Below the pieces are notes generated by a model, which saw only the letters and a program-made list of their open reading frames with translations, made no database searches and had not been told where the DNA came from. Below are positions 50,459-63,705 of a DNA stretch of 64,000 nt, piece after piece. Within the stretch, counting starts at the first letter, position 1. Each line of letters opens with the position of its first letter. The translations under genes were made by a program, and so were the position numbers. Source of the DNA: Lingula anatina (lineage: Eukaryota; Animalia; Brachiopoda); contig CM120644.1 of NCBI GenBank assembly GCA_051362555.1, positions 18,188,534-18,252,533 of the forward strand, in the 5' to 3' direction.

Positions 50459-52347
50459 TTAATAACGAGCGCCGAAAATGAGATCAGAGGCGCTGGGCTC
50501 TTGACCAACAAAGTAGTCCTCGAAAGCGTCTATGAACTCGTTGCTATCAATCACACCATCCTTATTCCAATCAGTGGCATCAAATATAACTTGAGCCTTA
50601 GCAGTGTTACGGAAAACAGTAAGGAAGTTGTAATACTCATCTACCATCAATTTGCTATCGCAATCGAGATCAAACGCGCCAAACCAATCGTATGCAAATT
50701 TTACTGTCTCTTCTCTTAAGCTTATATTAGTGAGTTCATCTTCGTCAGCCCAAAGCATTTCTTCAAATGTGATGGATTTGGAATAGTTGTTGTATTCATT
50801 TGACCACCACAAGTAATATGCACTAGACGATATACCATTCACCGCCATGGCTCTCCAAGACGGGAGAACTTGCTGAGCTCGCTCTGTTGTTAAATCGATG
50901 CATTCCTCTTCAGTCAACCTTCCATTTTCATCAACGTCCATGATATCAAAGAATTGTTTGTACTTGAAAATCCAGTGCGCACTGAAGTTTCCTTTGGGGT
51001 TCTAGAATACGAAAAGGTATTATAAAATTAACACGACTTGAACACGGCTGGTAAGGCATAACATTATCTATATTGTCTCTTTCCGACTGTGTTTATAGCC
51101 GCAGTTGATAAAAATAATCATTACGTTAAACACCATACCCAAGTGATTGGCGCTGTTTATTGCAGTTAATTCCATTACCATTTGAAGTTTATCCTGCGCT
51201 AATTCATCGTATTAAATGATGAGATCTATTTAAGATAAAACAATGAATTGTCAGTTATAATTTTCTAGTGTTTCTTATAATATATTTAACCCCTGTCCTT
51301 TAACTGTTGCACTTTGTTGTCCCTTTACTGTTTACAGTAGCCGTTTACGATTCTTGTAGACAGCCCATTTAAAGTAGTCTTCAGGGTTAATACTTGATAT
51401 GGCATATTATTTTTGGCGAGTAAATTTTCTACAAAATATTTATTTTCTCTCAAACTATTTTAAATCCGAAACTGAGGTGTCACTTAATGTGTAGCCAGGC
51501 GAGCTACCTAATTACCACTCGAAACAACTCGTGCATTCAGTTCAATGTCCTGCCATCAGAAATGGGAGGGGTGGTCTTCTCGGGAATTTCTGCCCTTGTA
51601 TAAAAACGCATGGGTTTGGTCAATCTTTGGAGGATATTTCGAGCAGCAACAAAGAGATCGGTCTGAAACTTGTCAGGAAGCTTAGAGAATACATCTTTCG
51701 ACGTCTAAGCAACTCAGCTTACTATGGGAATCTTGCTCTCAGAGAAAATGGCCAACACGGTCAGCCATTGACAGGCAATTTAACATTTATCAGGGAACCC
51801 TTAGTGAAGACTAGGGTGCAAGCAGGTGGTGGTAGGGTCTCTGTTTGGGGAGCATTTCATGTCGGTGCCCAGAACCAGTTGGTTTTCTAGAAAGCAACCT
51901 ACACAGAGACATTCTACAGCAAACAATGCTTCACTTTGTAAGCACCATCTTCAGGAACAACTCTGTGTACCAACACGACTACGCATCCCCACATCGTACT
52001 CGCAGAATTTCTTCAAAAGCAATGGGTTCAGCAAACTCCCCAGATATGAACTAAACTGAAAATATGTGGGCAGAAGTCATCAGCCGGTAAATCGTGATGA
52101 ACTACGACAGGCAAATATCACTGCGTGGAATGATATCCCCATCCAAACTCTGAAAAGCTTGTCACAGGGTATGCCGTGTAGGGTGAGGGCGCTGCATAAA
52201 AAATCCCATATTAAGTATTAACTTTGTAGCTTCCTAATACTCAACACACCGTAGCAAATCGTGTTTGGAGCTCTACCTTCACCATTTTTGAGGAACAGAG
52301 AGTTTGAACAACCATAGGAGCAGAACTCTCAGATTGCTGGAGGACAT
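50459..52347 (-). pseudogene. EF-hand copy 6 (subfamily B): EF exon 50459..51001 open, leader exon 52277..52347 frameshifted
   Basis: Leader exon is 71 bp rather than 75 (4-nt deletion), giving TGA before the donor. Tc1 fragment in the intron; UTR-exon donor region appears lost. Confidence 0.75.
51382..52226 (+). mobile_element. Degenerate Tc1/mariner element with transposase remnant
   Basis: TIRs cagggttaatacttgatatgg / ccatattaagtattaactttg at a TA site (empty site tagtcTAgcttc in a paralogue); motifs QAGGGRVSVWGAF, YQHDYASPHR, SPDMN. Confidence 0.85.
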
Positions 52348-52451
52348 CTTTACGAACTTTATTCTGTTAAGATATCTAAAACAAATATAACAACAGACTT
52401 TAATTATATAACCCATTATTCGTTGAGTGGGAAATACAAGTTTATATAGCA

Positions 52452-52670
52452 CAGTGTCGGTGCTAGGGGGGGCTCAGGGGGATCCTAAAAATATATCACA
52501 CAAATATTCCCCACTTATAGTTCTAAACTGTTCCAAAGGTTACTGAGGTTACTGTTTGCTCTCCAAAACACCATGAATTGTTCGGGACTCTTGAGCAGGC
52601 CCCACACCATAGGGGGGAGGTTGTCGATTCGGACCCCCTTCAAATAAGCTTGGATCCGTAGCACGTCCCT
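52452..52670. mobile_element. Probable short MITE upstream of the copy-6 leader exon
   Basis: GC-rich insertion absent from paralogous introns; degenerate termini cagtgtcggtgcta.. / ..tagcacgtccct. Confidence 0.4.
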
Positions 52671-53050
52671 TCATAAAGCTAACTATCGCTAACAAAGTAT
52701 TTTCTGCATTTTCGTAAGGCCTACATGTTGCAAATTTTACAGCACGCAAACAACGCCTGCTGTCTACCCGCTGTTTTCCCAATCAATCTTTTCTGATGTT
52801 TTGTATGAGCGTTGTCTATTTAAATACAATCTGTCGCATTACTGTCGGATTTAAGATAATTAGTCACGCTTGCCCCCCATTCGACATGTTATATATCCCC
52901 TTTCTCTTTCACCTCTAAATATTTACATTTCAACTTTAAATGAAAACATCAAACTACATTTTATACCGGCTATGACGCACAAGTCAAACTTATGAAAATC
53001 ATAATCAAAAGCAGATAATCTTTTTTGATATAGACAGAGAGCTAGATATA

Positions 53051-54713
53051 CAGCATTGGTCAAAAAGGTTGTCCCACCCCCATTTCCATGTACTTTTATT
53101 TACAAATGATCACCTAACAGCTGTTAATTGTTAGAAATAGTGTTTTTTATTACGTATACCGTGTCTAACGTGATTAATGGTTTAAAAAATACAAAATATG
53201 GTGAAAAAATACATATTTTATACCATTTAGTAAAATTTATAAGATGTACCCCCTCAAATCGACTGTTTCACTGTGAATTCTAAAGATGTAAAGAAATGAC
53301 TATAAAATTAAAAAGACGCCATCAAATGTCACCAAATTCACACACAATTAGCATTAGGGTGTGCTCATTAAAGATCACGTGCCTAACAGCGTGTGCGTCT
53401 ACCGCGTACTGCAATTATTTCGTGTAGACGGCGCGACAAGCCTTCAACACGGGTTACGATTCTGTTTTGTGGGATATTGTCCCATTCTTCGTAAACAAGT
53501 TGGGGGAGTTGGTCCACGTTTTTATGGGGTTGGTTCTCCTTTGCATTGCACACTCCAATACATGTCACACTTGATTAGTAAGTTTGATATCAGGGCTCAA
53601 AGATGGTGGTTCCATCCTTAGACCATTATGTTTCTTCAACAAACAGTTGCCAGGCGAGAGGTGTGAGCAAGTGTGCAGTCATGATAAAGCCTGAAGTTAA
53701 CCCCAAAGTCAGTTCTTGAAGATGGAATGAGACATCAGCTGAGAATGCTACGTTCAGTGATCCCACAGGCACCTGAACCTGGCCATCCATCACTGGAAGG
53801 AAGTTAATTTTGATGCAGAATCAAATTATTTCTTGTATCCCATCGATGGTCAAAGAGGGACCATAGACATGTTAAAAAATGCCTCTTGGAAGGGTGTGTG
53901 CAGGATAATATCCCCTGAGGTGTTAGATCAATCCGCATTTGGAGAACATTCCAAGCCCATGGTAATAGTACATTGTTCCTTTTGGAACAAAACGTAACAG
54001 GGGCATTTTGATGTAACATTCTCAACAGAAATCTCATTCCATTTGCAAGAGGTGACTTCAGGGATACTACTGGCTTCATTGTGACGACGCACTTGCTCAC
54101 AGCTCTCGTCTGGCAAACGATTTGTTGCAGAAACACAGGGCTCTGAGGACGGGACAACGTCTTTGAGTCCTGATATTAATCCTACTGAGCACCTGTGGCA
54201 TAAATTGGAATGTGCATTGCAGAGGAGAACCAATTTCTAAATAATCTTGACCAATTCCGCCACGCTCTTTAGGATGAATGGGACAATATCCCTCATAACA
54301 GAATTGTTACCCATGTTGAGGGCTTGTCGCGCCGTCTACAGGAGATAATTGCAGTACGTGGTAGATGCACACGCTGTTAGGCACGTGATCTTTAACGAGC
54401 ACACCCTAATGCTAATTGTGTGTGAATTTGGTGACATTTGATGGCACCTTTTCAATTTTATAGACATTTCTTTACATCTGTGGAAGTAACAGTGAAACAG
54501 TCGATTTGAGGGGTTACCTCTTATAAATTTTACTAAATGGTATAAAATATGTATATTTTCACCACTATTTTGTATTTTTTTAACCATTAATCATGTTAGA
54601 CACAGTATCCGTGATAAAAAGCACTATTTCTAACAGTTCACAGCTGTGAGGTGATCATTTGTAAATAAAAGTACATGGAAATGGGGGTGGGACAACCTTT
54701 TTGACCAATGCTG
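53051..54713. mobile_element. Non-autonomous Tc1-like transposon with very long inverted arms, copy 2 (inverted relative to copy 1)
   Basis: Same termini and TA flanks; near-identical spurious ORFs on the opposite strand; inserted in a GATA-rich tract. Confidence 0.92.
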
Positions 54714-54757
54714 TATAGACAGATAGATAGATACTTTTAGAAGAAAAACTCGAGCAA

Positions 54758-54855
54758 GTGGGAAGACAGCAGGCGCTGTTTATGAAGGACTGGTATGTCC
54801 CCAGACCCACGTCCTCCCGTTCCGGAGGCGGACATTCTGACCACAAGGCCATCTG
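54758..54855 (-). mobile_element. tRNA-derived SINE 5' fragment
   Basis: Minus strand TGGCCTTGTGGTCAGAATGTCCGCCTCC..GGAGGACGTGGGT (A-box-like, B-box deleted), followed by CATACCAG...TGCTGTCTTCCC. Confidence 0.5.
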
Positions 54856-55559
54856 ATAGATAGATAGATTGGTCATCAAACATCAAAAAGGAAATAAGCG
54901 TTTTCATAATCAACAAAAGGAAATTATAACGTTAAACACGGTTGTCAACAAACACAAATACCAAACAAAAAATGTTTATTTGCAGTTTACTATGATGCAA
55001 ACAATGAAACGCTGACATTCAATAATAAATAAACATTTCAACGTATACTCTCAACAGCGCTTAAATAAATATTCTTGAATTAAAATGTATAAACTAAAGA
55101 TGAACAAATTTGCTTTGATTTTAGTAATCACCATGTTATAATTGTGAAGAACCATCCACCGGTTGATTTTGAACAAGAATATTACACTAAAAATGTACAG
55201 AGAGAGACATGCATATCAGACAGGATGACTTAATGCTTTATTCTAAATAAGATATACATCATATACAAAGCAAACAGTGAAGCTAACGGTTAAAATACGA
55301 TTAAGGCATGTCTTATGTCTTAATTTGTCTCACGTTGTCCCGACGAGAATCAACAAATAAAGTACGAAACGAACCAATTAAAACTGAAATTATTCTTCCT
55401 GTCGAACCACCACTGTATAAAGTACCTGTCAATGGTGTTTGTTTTAATCTAAAACACAATACACCCGGATGCGGATAGGCAACAACTAAGTGAGTAAATT
55501 TACATTTTAAAAGTTCAGAAGTTAATATGCAGTTTTGAATCAAAAATGTCTTGGACAAA

Positions 55560-56917
55560 TTAAGTCTTTATCATCGCTGGCTTAATAACGAGTGCCGAAA
55601 AGATATCAGAGGAGCTGGGCCCTTGATCAGCCCAGCAGCCCATAAAAGCATCTATGAACTCGTTGGTGTCAATCACACCATCCTCATTCCAATCAATGGT
55701 ATCAAATATATCTTGAACCTTACCAGTGTTACGGAAAAGAATGAGAAAGTTACAATAGTCGTCTACCATCAATTTGCTATCGCAGTCGAGATCAAGCGCA
55801 CCAAACCAATTTTTTGCGAATTTTACGAGATCTTCTCTTGTAATTGGGAGTTCGACTTCGTCAGCCCGAAGCCAATCTTGAAATGTGATGGATTTTGAAT
55901 AGTTGGTGTATTCATTTAACCACCACATATTATAGGCACTAGACAATATTCCATTTACCGCCATGGCTCTCCAAGATGGGAGAACTTGCTGAGCTCGCTC
56001 TGTTGTTGAATCGATGAATTCCTCTTCAGTCACCTTGCCATTTTCATCAACGTCCAAGATATCAAAGAATCCCTTGTACTTGAAAATCCAGTGCGCACTA
56101 AAGTTTCCTTTTGGGGCTGTAAAATTTTTTTAAAAATCTATAAAACAAACATAACGTGGACGCCACACAACTGCAAATGACAAAACATCGCCTATTGTTC
56201 ACCCTATTTTTGTGTGTTTTTTATAGCAGCACCTTACCACTTTTAAGTTATAATTTAAATCACTGCACCAAACTGTCATGACCAAGTAATTCACGTGGTT
56301 TCTCGACGTTTACACTTTTCAAATTGTCCTTTGAATTTTATCCAGCGCTATTATCCTATGGCATGACGGGTTCCTTTTACAATAATACACTGAAGTATCA
56401 TTTATAATTTTCTATGCGTTACAAAATGTACTTTTGTGTTTCTTACGCCATATTTAACCCCTGACCTTTAATTGCCGCACTTTGTTGCCCCTTTGCTGTT
56501 TACAGTACTGTTTAAGGGACCATTCCCACAGATAGTTGGAGCGATCTATTTCCCTGGGGAGTCTCACTAAATTGCTGTCAACTTAACCGGCTTAAATGTC
56601 TGTCACACCTAGTAAAGCTGTAAGGGGTAATTATCTTTGCCCTAGCTGATTCGGTAGGCAGACCAGACAATTAAGCCGATTAAGTTGATAGCATAGTGAG
56701 ACTCCCCAGGGAGTTTGACCGACCCAGATGGATCGATCTAGGCATGGGAACCCAGTCTAATATTTTTGTAGACACTCGATTTTAAGTAGTCAAGCTTCTT
56801 AAAATATTCAAAAGGCAATAAAAAATTCGTGTCTGGACCTACCTCTACCATGTTCGAAGAGCAGATAGTCTGAACGACCATTAGAAGGAGAAGAACTTTC
56901 AGATTGATTAAGGACAT
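55560..56917 (-). pseudogene. EF-hand copy 7 (subfamily B), probably non-functional; leader exon 56843..56917, EF exon 55560..~56116
   Basis: Acceptor ttttag changed to ttttac, next AG out of frame; 1-nt deletion turns FFGTRY* into FSALVIKPAMIKT*. Confidence 0.72.
56516..56757. mobile_element. Intronic MITE, PIF/Harbinger-like, same family as 29375-29589
   Basis: TAA duplication on both sides; shared cgatctat..ggggagtctcacta..ccggcttaaatgtc..gctgtaagggg. Confidence 0.72.
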
Positions 56918-58409
56918 TCTTATATGAATTCTGTATTGTTGAGATTCCTAAAACAAAAGTAACAAACAATTTACATGTAAACTAAACTGTACAACGTTCA
57001 TCGAGTGTGAAATACAAATTTATACAACACCCTTGATATTAATAAATAACCTTGCTTTACTTTGCGAACTTACAAAGCTAGATATAAAATCTACAATCAA
57101 CAATAAAACAGTGTCTGTATTTTGGTAGACCTATATGTGGCAACGTTTACAGCACACAGACAGTACAAATCAGACGGCATTAGTATCATAACTACATCTA
57201 CTCGTCTACCATAGGTCGATCAAATGAAATCCCAATGTTCGTGAACACTGAATCTTACAGTTGTCGAAGTTACTGAAGTTGTTGACATCTTCAATACAGG
57301 CTATATCCCTCATTATGCAATTCTTTTTAGCTTTACTTACCATATGTCTGTTGTTTCTCTTATAAGGCCCAGTCTTATGTAATATTTTGTTTCAGTGAGC
57401 GTGGTGTATTTAAACACCATTATTTCGCAGTATTGTCGGGATGAACATTATCAGTCACGCGTGTCCCCTGTTCGATATGTTACCAATCCCATGTTATTTT
57501 CTTTAAATACATTACATTACATTCGTACTTCTGGCTGTAAACATCAAACTACATTAAATAGGGGTTATGAGACAAAATAGGACATCCTGTTGTCAAACAT
57601 TTGAAAATCGTTGAAACAGTTTGTTTCTTTTGTGATAGATAGATAGATAGATAGATAGATACTAGCAGTTGAATTATTTAATATTCTGCCTACTCCACTT
57701 CCTTTCAATCTCCAAACATTTGCTGTCGTCAATCATACTTATTACAATTAATGTAATTGATTGTATTTAGGTGATGAAAATGATTATTTATGTCGCATGT
57801 GGCTTAAATTTGGCAGACACTTTGGCAGATACTTCTTTACTATTTATGTATAAGAAACTTATTTTATATGTACATGTACTAGAGAAGTATTTATGCCTCC
57901 TGTTCTGAGCGTCCGTGTTCCATGCATCAACATCATACCTTAAATAACCATGCTAAGATCCTAAGGATTCGTCGGTTGTATATGAACACGGAAATCACTA
58001 AATCTAAATGAAGAGAAATGTAAAGAAAAGAGAGTGGGTCAGACGGCTTGATTCAATTGTTTATTCTAAATAAGATATAGATCTGTATGATAACCAAGCA
58101 CAGAGGATAAAATCCAAGCCAATGGATAAAATTCAATCTAGGCATGCCTTACCTTTGCTTGCCTGGCCCTGTTCCGACCGAGTAGATCAACATATAGGGA
58201 AAAATTAGGAGATTTAAAACGTTGAAACTAATATTCTTCTTCCGGACAAACTACCACTGTCATATTTAAAACAACAACACTACAGCAGCGCATCCAAATG
58301 CCAAAAGGCAAAAACAAAGCGACTGCATACACTTTTAAAAATTCAAAGGGCGAAATGTAATCTAAAGGCCAGGTCTGAATTACAGGGGTACGTCTTTATA
58401 ATCTCCATC

Positions 58410-59453
58410 TTAATAACGAGTACCGAAAAAGACATCGGAGGAGCTGGGCTCTTGACCGACCCAGAATTCCTCGAAACCATCTATGAACTCATTGGTATCA
58501 ATCACACCATCCTTATTCCAATCAACTGCATCAAATATATCTTGAACCTTACCAGTGTTACGGAAAAAAGTAAGGAAGTTGGAATACTCATCTACCATCA
58601 ATTTGCTATCGCAGTCGAGATCAAAAGCGCCAAGCCAATCATTTCCGGATTTTACGATCTTTTCTCTTGTAATAGGGAGTTCAACTTCTTCAGTCTGAAG
58701 CTTTTCTTGAAATGGGATGGATTGTGAATAGTTGGTGTATTCATTTGACCACCACAGGTGATAGGCGTTAGACAATATACCATGAACCGCCATGGCTCTC
58801 CAAGATGGGAGAACTTGTTCAGCCCGCTCAGTTGATGAATCAATGAATTCCTCTTCAGTCACTTTGCCATTTTCATCAACGTCCATGATATCAAAGAATT
58901 CCTTGTTCTTGAAAACCCAGTGCTCACTAAAGCTTCCTTTGGGGTTCTAAAATTTATCAAAATATTATAAAACAAACATGACGTGGTAGCGACACCACTG
59001 CAAAACACTGCTTATTGTTCACCCTAATTTTGTTTTTACAGGAGCACGTACGTACCACATAATCAATGCGCCAAACCCCAATGACCAAGTGATCCGCGTG
59101 GTTTCTCACCGTTTACGCTAATCAAATTGTCCTTTGGATTTTATCCTGCACTATTATCATGTTATGTGATGGGTTTGTAAAGTATCATTTATAATTTTCT
59201 ATGCGTTACAAAATGTACTTTCTTATAATATATTTAACCCCTGTCCTTTAACTGCCGCACTTTGTTCTCCCTTTACTGTTTACGGTATCCATTTACGATC
59301 CTTGTAAACACCCGATTTCAAGTAATCTTACTTATTAAAATATTCAAAAGACAATAATAAATTCGTGTCTGGACCTACCTTCACCATCTTCGAAGAGCAG
59401 ATAGTCTGAACGACCATAAGAAGGAGAAGAACTTTCAGATTGTTTGAGGACAT
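58410..59453 (-). CDS. Secreted SCP/aequorin-fold EF-hand protein, copy 8 (subfamily B); join(59379..59453,58410..58946), 203 aa
   Basis: MSSNNLKVLLLLMVVQTICSSKMVK|NPKGSFSEHWVFKNKEFFDIMDVDENG...SSDVFFGTRY*. Confidence 0.9.
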
Positions 59454-59678
59454 TCTTACATGAACTCTGTATTGCTCAGATTTCTAAAACAAAAGTAACA
59501 AGCGACCTAAACTATATTATGGAATATTCATCGAGTCTGAAATACAATATATATAACACCCTTCATATAAACAGACATCCTTGCTTTACGAGATGCATAC
59601 ATAGGAACTTAGATATGCAATCCGCAATTAACAAAAAAACAGTGTCTGTATTTAGGTAGGTCTACATGTGGCGACGTT

Positions 59679-62600
59679 TGTTAAGCCTCTCTTTTGGTCC
59701 TCAAATCAAATTCAGCCCCTTGGTTCTAAACTGTTTACAAGAGGCTCTGCTCTGGTCCTACACCTGTAAATGCCCATCATAACGTGTACAAACGTGTTCC
59801 CCAAACGTGTCCTTAGCTGGTTGACTTTTGGGCCCCAAACTTTTTGTGCGGTATAGTCTTCATTTGCAAATCTGCCAGTATGACATTCGGGGAAGGGGAG
59901 GGGGTTAATTACTTGCAGTTTTGCAACCCAATTAACGCTCATTTGGTTGATTCGCGAGATCAGCAGGCTAGTTGGGTGATATTTCACAGCATAAATTGAA
60001 AGAGATAAATTGCAGAGTAACCTTGTGTCCCAAGGATACTGCTTACAATTATTTATTCCCTATATGCTTCGACCCCACCCGAGCACTTGTAATTGATACT
60101 CTGTTTCTTGATTAATGTGAGAGATCCGAAAGATGAAAAGAGCGCGCAGACTTACTTTTGGCAGGTCAGGTCACAACGTAATGGATACGGTATCTCAGGC
60201 CAAAAAATATGGCTTCACAGGGCAGTGAGGTGAACTCGAGAAATATCCCTCTCCGACCAAACTCCGAGCATATATGCTCACCCTGCTTCTTTCATGTCTT
60301 TATAACAATTTTGTATTCCAACATCTAATAAAATTTGATAATTAAAAAAATTATTGTAGGATTTTACAAGTATTACTACTTTGCACCATTGCTATTTTAT
60401 GGCGCAGAGTACAGGTTCTAAACACGTATTCCTGCGAACAGTAGGTAATAAAAATATAAATGTTAATCATAATAACTAAATCACTCTGCTGGCTAATTGG
60501 CTACCAGTTATTGCCAAGATGTGTTTACTTTATAACACTCTCCTCTAGTTCGGGACATTTACAGAAATGTGTGAACATGATATTAATTCGAGAAAAGGTA
60601 TTTTATAGTGTTTGTAAATGTTAAAATGGAAATTACCAAAAAGTATATAGATTTCCTAATTGAGAAGACATGTTCCACTCTACCCCCCCCCCCCCCTTCT
60701 CCTGATTTCCTGGCCCGAGGAGCTATATGTTTGTTCTAAGCTCTTGGGGGGGGGGGGAGTTAACCGACCAAGCTAGATAATCACAAAACATGATAAAGTA
60801 TATCAAAAGAAAGGCTCAACTCGAAATCTTTTTTTATTTCAGATCGTTATTTCATAACGTAATAGTTGCATAAGAGATAAAAGGCGCAAAATAGAATATA
60901 CGGTTTGGCCTTCGAACAAATAAATTAGATGTACAATTTTTGTTTTGCCTTGGATCGGCTCCATGGCCCAAAAGCAACAGTAAAAACTCTTCATCTTCGG
61001 GTATGCGCCATAAATGTAAACCTGCGCCGTCAATCAAATCCGCACCTGGTCAGCTGTGTCATACTGTAGAGATAAGTGTGTTTATTGATAGACTATGTTT
61101 ATATTAAACCTACAGTTTTAAATAGTCATGCCGAAACGTGCCCTTGGCTGTCTCTCTTTTGGCCTCTAAATTATTTTCTTTGGTATATAGTTTTTTTTTC
61201 GGAAACATATATGCTAATATGACGTTCGGCGGGAAGGGGTGTGGGTTATTAAAAATGGAGTTTTATTGGTTTAAACGACCATGTGAGGTATCCGCGAGAT
61301 CGACGTGTAAGGTGATACTTCTCGGCATGAATTGAAAAAGATAAATTGATAAATTGCAGGGTATTCCCTAGTATATTGCTTATAATTAGCTATTCTCTTA
61401 TGCTCCCCCTCCCACCTGCCCTCTTGTAAAAAAGACACAACAGCAGTTAAACGCTAGGATTCCTGATCGAGTGTGTGGGGCCTTGAATTAGTTTTTAATT
61501 GGATTCCCTGACCTATATTTATGCATATGGCTGGAAGTCCATTTAGTTCTGTATGTGCTTCTGCTGTTCTCTACATTTCTCAAGGACCCATGCACATTCA
61601 TTAAAATGACTGGTTCATCAATCTCCGTTTCATGTTCCTTAAAATTTAAGGAAATAGATGGCAGAAATAAAGTTGTGAAAAATAGAATCAACCACCCCCC
61701 CGGGATAGCCACACCTGAAATATCATACTAACATTCCCGGAAACCTATGCATATCCTCAATGGTAAGCTTATCAGCCCGGAGGGTTTCACGTTCCCAACT
61801 GTAATGGCGTAAGGGTAGAAGCACGAATAACGATGTAAAATTTAAAATCAACCTCCCCAGGGGCGGCCACACCCAATGTCACAAAAACACAGAAAGACCC
61901 ATAAACATCCCTAAAGACAGATTTTTCAATCCCCATAGCCTTACGTTCCCAGCTTTATTGGTCTAAGGATATAGATATAGCAGGAATAACAATGTCAATT
62001 AGACTCAACCGCCCCCCAGGACCCCCCCCCCAAAAAAAAAAAAAAAAAAAAAATCCGAAGTGCCCTCCCACATTCAAAATAGTATGTAGCCACGTTTCAT
62101 GTTCCTAGCATAAAGTACGATGTAAAAATTAGAATAGACCACCCCCAAGTCACAATTGAATTCCGAAGAGCCTTTGCAAATCCCTATAATGATAGGTTTA
62201 TTAATCCCCGACGTATCAAGTTCCTAACTATGATGGTTTAGGAAGTAACAATGTTAAATAGATTATGCATGTATATAATAAATTGTCCACCACAGGGAAA
62301 GCTTGGCCAATGTAAGCGTACCTAGCCGAGACAACCCCGTCCCCATTCCAATTCTACCTCTATAGAAATTCACACTAGCTATTTATTGACTAAGAAAAAA
62401 TTCTGGTTGCAAAATGCGTTCTGGTTGAAAAATTCGTTTTCACGATTTTCTTTGGTTGCAAAATGCGGCTCTACACCAGTTTTATGAATCCCCGGCATTT
62501 CATTCTCCCCAACATCTATCTGGACAGTTGACCGTTTCAAATGATTCAGATTTCAGACTTTCCGACCTAAGCGTTTTCATTAAGTATATAGGCCAGGAGG

Positions 62601-63228
62601 TCAAACGACCGAGATATTTTCGAAACATTTATATGTTGCATATCAATAGAAAAGCCTATTTTTACAGCTTGTTATTGCAAGTCATAACGTTTATGTCATA
62701 GTTACAAAAGAGATACTTCTATAACACGAATAATGGAATAGACTGTTTGTTAAAGATATTAATGTACACTTAGTGTGGAGCAAAATTAAAACCTCTCTGC
62801 CTAGTAGAGTTCTCTACCTACAGTGGAAAGGCATACATTCTTGCTACTGTGTACTAGCCACATCTATAAACCTGCGCCGTCAATCAAACCACACATGGTC
62901 AGTTTTATGCCCTAGTTTAAAGGCAGGCAATGTGTTCATTTATACACTTCGTTTGTCTTATACATCTAGTGCCTTAGACCCATCATGATTCAACGTCCAA
63001 ATATTGTCAGTTTTTAATCGTCCTGAAATCTGAAAAATCTCAAAACTAAATGGGTAAAACAAAAAACTAGCTTTATGCTTTCCGTCACTGGACCGGAGCT
63101 CTTGAAATAAAGTACTTTATTTATAGAAGTTAATCTCACGGGTATCTACGAGAACATCTGAAAATAACAGCTTCATTAAACTACAACGAGATAAAATACG
63201 CACTATCATGTGAGTGAGTAATGTTATC

Positions 63229-63259
<31 letters not shown>

Positions 63260-63705
63260 CCCATTTCAAATACGCGCGTCACTCTGGAAATCATGGTCTA
63301 GAATGAAACATCATATCGACCTTTACGCCTAATTTCCGCATCCAACCAGAACTGGAACATGTTTGGATACAATGTACCATGAAGTGGTAATATACTACGA
63401 AGTCTCCTAAGGGTCCTTATTTTTTAACCAATGAAGTCGCCTTCTATCATGAAGTAGTAATTCTTATCCTATGAAGTGGTAATATACCATGAAGTATCTT
63501 AACATACGTCATTTGGTAGCCTCTGAAAATTTTAATCCTGAAATATTGGAGAACATAACAGAGTCAGCTAAGGACACGTTTGTGGAACGCGTTTGTACAC
63601 GTCATAATGGACATTTACAGGTGTAGGACCAGAACAGAGCCTCTTGTAAACATTTTAGAACCAAGGGACCGAAATTGATTTGAGGACCAGAAGAGAGGCT
63701 TAACA
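59679..63705. mobile_element. 4.0-kb non-autonomous DNA transposon, ~140-bp TIRs, TGT...ACA termini, 6-bp target duplication
   Basis: GACGTT|tgttaagcctctc...gagaggcttaaca|GACGTT (59673-59678, 63706-63711); paralogues show the empty site ggcgacgtttacagcac. Confidence 0.9.

Noticed and set aside
26375-58727. Recurrent plus-strand 68-115-aa ORFs opposite the EF exons
   Set aside because: Antisense by-products of paralogous coding sequence with inconsistent starts and stops.
19829-59453. Calling the EF-hand genes true photoproteins or calmodulins
   Set aside because: Key His/Trp/Tyr residues are mostly absent; EF-II is degenerate and the spacing is SCP-like, not calmodulin-like.
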